This document shows positions 62,593 through 64,000 of a stretch of 64,000 bases of DNA, one piece after another. The stretch comes from Gammaproteobacteria bacterium (GTDB taxonomy: Bacteria > Pseudomonadota > Gammaproteobacteria > UBA4575): assembly GCA_965220895.1 (NCBI GenBank), contig OZ244850.1, forward strand, positions 1,897,506 to 1,961,505, written 5' to 3'. Made by a program: the position numbers and the translations under genes. The notes beneath the pieces were generated by a model. It ran no database searches, was not told the DNA's origin, and saw only the letters and a list, made by a program, of their open reading frames with translations. How positions within the stretch are numbered: position 1 is the stretch's first letter; each line of letters begins with the position of its first letter.

Positions 62593-63678
62593 GTGAATCC
62601 CAGAGATGCCGGGTGCCAGCCTGACATGGACATTTCGTCCAGACCGGCCGGCTTGCCGACACTGATTACCCTGGCGGCATTCGTCGTGGTCGTGGCCGGC
62701 GTTCGGGCTGCCGAAGCCGTCGTCGTTCCCTTTCTGCTGTCCGTATTTATTGCAATCATCAGTGCGCCGACACTGTTCTGGCTGGAAAAAAACCGGGTGC
62801 CGCGCTGGCTGGCCATGCTCACCGTGCTGGGGGCCATCATCACCATCGCCGTGCTGCTGTCGGTGCTGATCGGCTCCTCGGTGAAGAGCTTTTCGCAAGA
62901 CCTGCCTTATTACCAGGAGCGTCTTTCCGGACTGCTTACCCAGGTCAACACCTGGATGAGCCAGCATGGCGCTGACTTGTCCATGGGCACGGTGACCAGC
63001 TACCTGAACCCGGGTGCTGCCATGCAACTGGTCGCTGACATACTGAATGGCCTGGGCTCTGTATTCGGGAACATGTTCCTCATTATCCTGACGGTGGTGT
63101 TCATCCTGTTCGAGGCATCATCCATGCCACGCAAGCTGCAGGCGGGCCTGCCCAATGCGGACGAGTCGCTTCGTGTGTTCTCGGCGATCGCGAACAATGT
63201 CAACCGCTATCTGGCCATCAAGACCCTCACCAGTGTGTTTACCGGCGTTGCCGTCGCAAGCGCACTGGCCCTGATCGGGGTGGACTACCCGCTGCTTTGG
63301 GGCGTGATTGCATTCCTGTTCAACTACATCCCGAGCATCGGCTCCGTCATTGCTGCCGTGCCTGCCATCCTGCTGGCACTCATTCAGCTGGGCACCGGGG
63401 CGGCTCTGGTGTCTGCCGCATTCTACGTGGTCATCAATGTGCTGATCAGCAACGTCATCGAGCCCAAGCTGATGGGACGACAGGTCGGCTTGTCCACCCT
63501 GGTCGTGTTTTTGTCCCTGGTCTTCTGGGGCTGGGTGTTCGGGCCGGTCGGCATGTTCTTGTCCGTGCCCTTGACGGTGACCGCGAAGCTTGCCCTGGAA
63601 AGCGGACCGCGGACACGCTGGATTGCCGTGCTGCTCGGCAACAAGGTCGAACTTCAAAATAGGGGGTCACTTTTTTGA
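62593..63678 (+). CDS. AI-2E family transporter (PerM/YhhT/TqsA-like permease)
   Basis: 8 predicted TM helices and the family-typical ...[19 protein letters not shown]... segment. GTG start at 62593 or ATG at 62626. Confidence 0.8.
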   Translation: MNPRDAGCQPDMDISSRPAGLPTLITLAAFVVVVAGVRAAEAVVVPFLLSVFIAIISAPTLFWLEKNRVPRWLAMLTVLGAIITIAVLLSVLIGSSVKSFSQDLPYYQERLSGLLTQVNTWMSQHGADLSMGTVTSYLNPGAAMQLVADILNGLGSVFGNMFLIILTVVFILFEASSMPRKLQAGLPNADESLRVFSAIANNVNRYLAIKTLTSVFTGVAVASALALIGVDYPLLWGVIAFLFNYIPSIGSVIAAVPAILLALIQLGTGAALVSAAFYVVINVLISNVIEPKLMGRQVGLSTLVVFLSLVFWGWVFGPVGMFLSVPLTVTAKLALESGPRTRWIAVLLGNKVELQNRGSLF

Positions 63679-64000
63679 GTAACCGAAAGAACCTGTTTCA
63701 CGCATTGAGCTCGCCGTACCTGGCAGAGGACGGAAGCTTTACTGTGGCGTCCTCGCCTACGACACCACCCGCAGGTTCGCAAGGCTCCAACAAGGACTAC
63801 AAGAGGAAGCTGAACAAGATCGTCCGGGAGCTGCAGGCGCTCCAGCCCGTGCTGTACGCAAGCGGCACGCGTGCCGTGCTCCTGATCTTTCAGGCGATGG
63901 ATGCCGCAGGCAAGGATTCCACCATTCGCGCGGTCATGACCGGCATCAACCCGGCGGGCTGCAAGGTGTACTCGTTCAAAAAGCCCTCGGAGCGCGAACT
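63675..64000 (+). CDS. polyphosphate kinase 2 (PPK2) family protein, 3'-truncated by window end
   Basis: ...[69 protein letters not shown] matches the PPK2 N-terminal region and Walker A context. TTG start overlaps the upstream stop. Confidence 0.7.
   Translation, partial: MSNRKNLFHALSSPYLAEDGSFTVASSPTTPPAGSQGSNKDYKRKLNKIVRELQALQPVLYASGTRAVLLIFQAMDAAGKDSTIRAVMTGINPAGCKVYSFKKPSERE

Overview
This 64-kb window comes from a high-GC (~60%) gammaproteobacterial chromosome and is a mosaic of a ~4.5-kb accessory region followed by core genes. Family assignments were read from the translated ORFs (motif-level recognition) and no database search was run. Manually refined coordinates may be off by a few nt.

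Accessory region (1..~4540):
- 1..~3130 is clearly lower in GC (~40-45%) and carries three co-directional genes: two unknowns and one protein with an HsdR_N-type PD-(D/E)xK nuclease domain. This is the most likely place for an undescribed system.
- It ends at a 189-bp direct repeat whose last ~50 nt are the 3' half of a tRNA-Arg.
- A second ~1.2-kb mini-element follows, carrying only a RelE/ParE-type toxin plus HTH antitoxin, and ends in a second copy of the same repeat (~94% identity).
- Together these look like two tandemly integrated elements sharing att arms, probably inserted in a tRNA-Arg gene upstream of the window.

Core region (~4540..64000):
- TonB-dependent receptor, msrPQ, an intact tRNA-Arg(TCG) with an IS481-family IS inserted just 3' of it, a porin, and an FMN-binding/PepSY/ApbE flavinylation cluster.
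- FadL, a remnant of an outer-membrane beta-barrel gene, and the conserved but functionally unresolved triad of circularly permuted ATP-grasp, alpha-E and transglutaminase-like genes.
- lolCD, msbA-lpxK-ycaR-kdsB, and a Zur-box-preceded COG0523 GTPase with a DUF1826 gene.
- purB-hflD-mnmA-nudix, fumC, acnA, clpSA, gph-like phosphatase, infA, fabD-fabG-acpP-fabF-pabC-mltG-tmk-holB and sucA-sucB-lpd.
- An RRM RNA-binding protein, fadIJ-like beta-oxidation genes, a class-V aminotransferase divergent from bioA, an L,D-transpeptidase convergent with an Lpp-like lipoprotein, an AI-2E transporter and the start of a PPK2 gene.

Many long antisense ORFs in the track are GC-rich artefacts.
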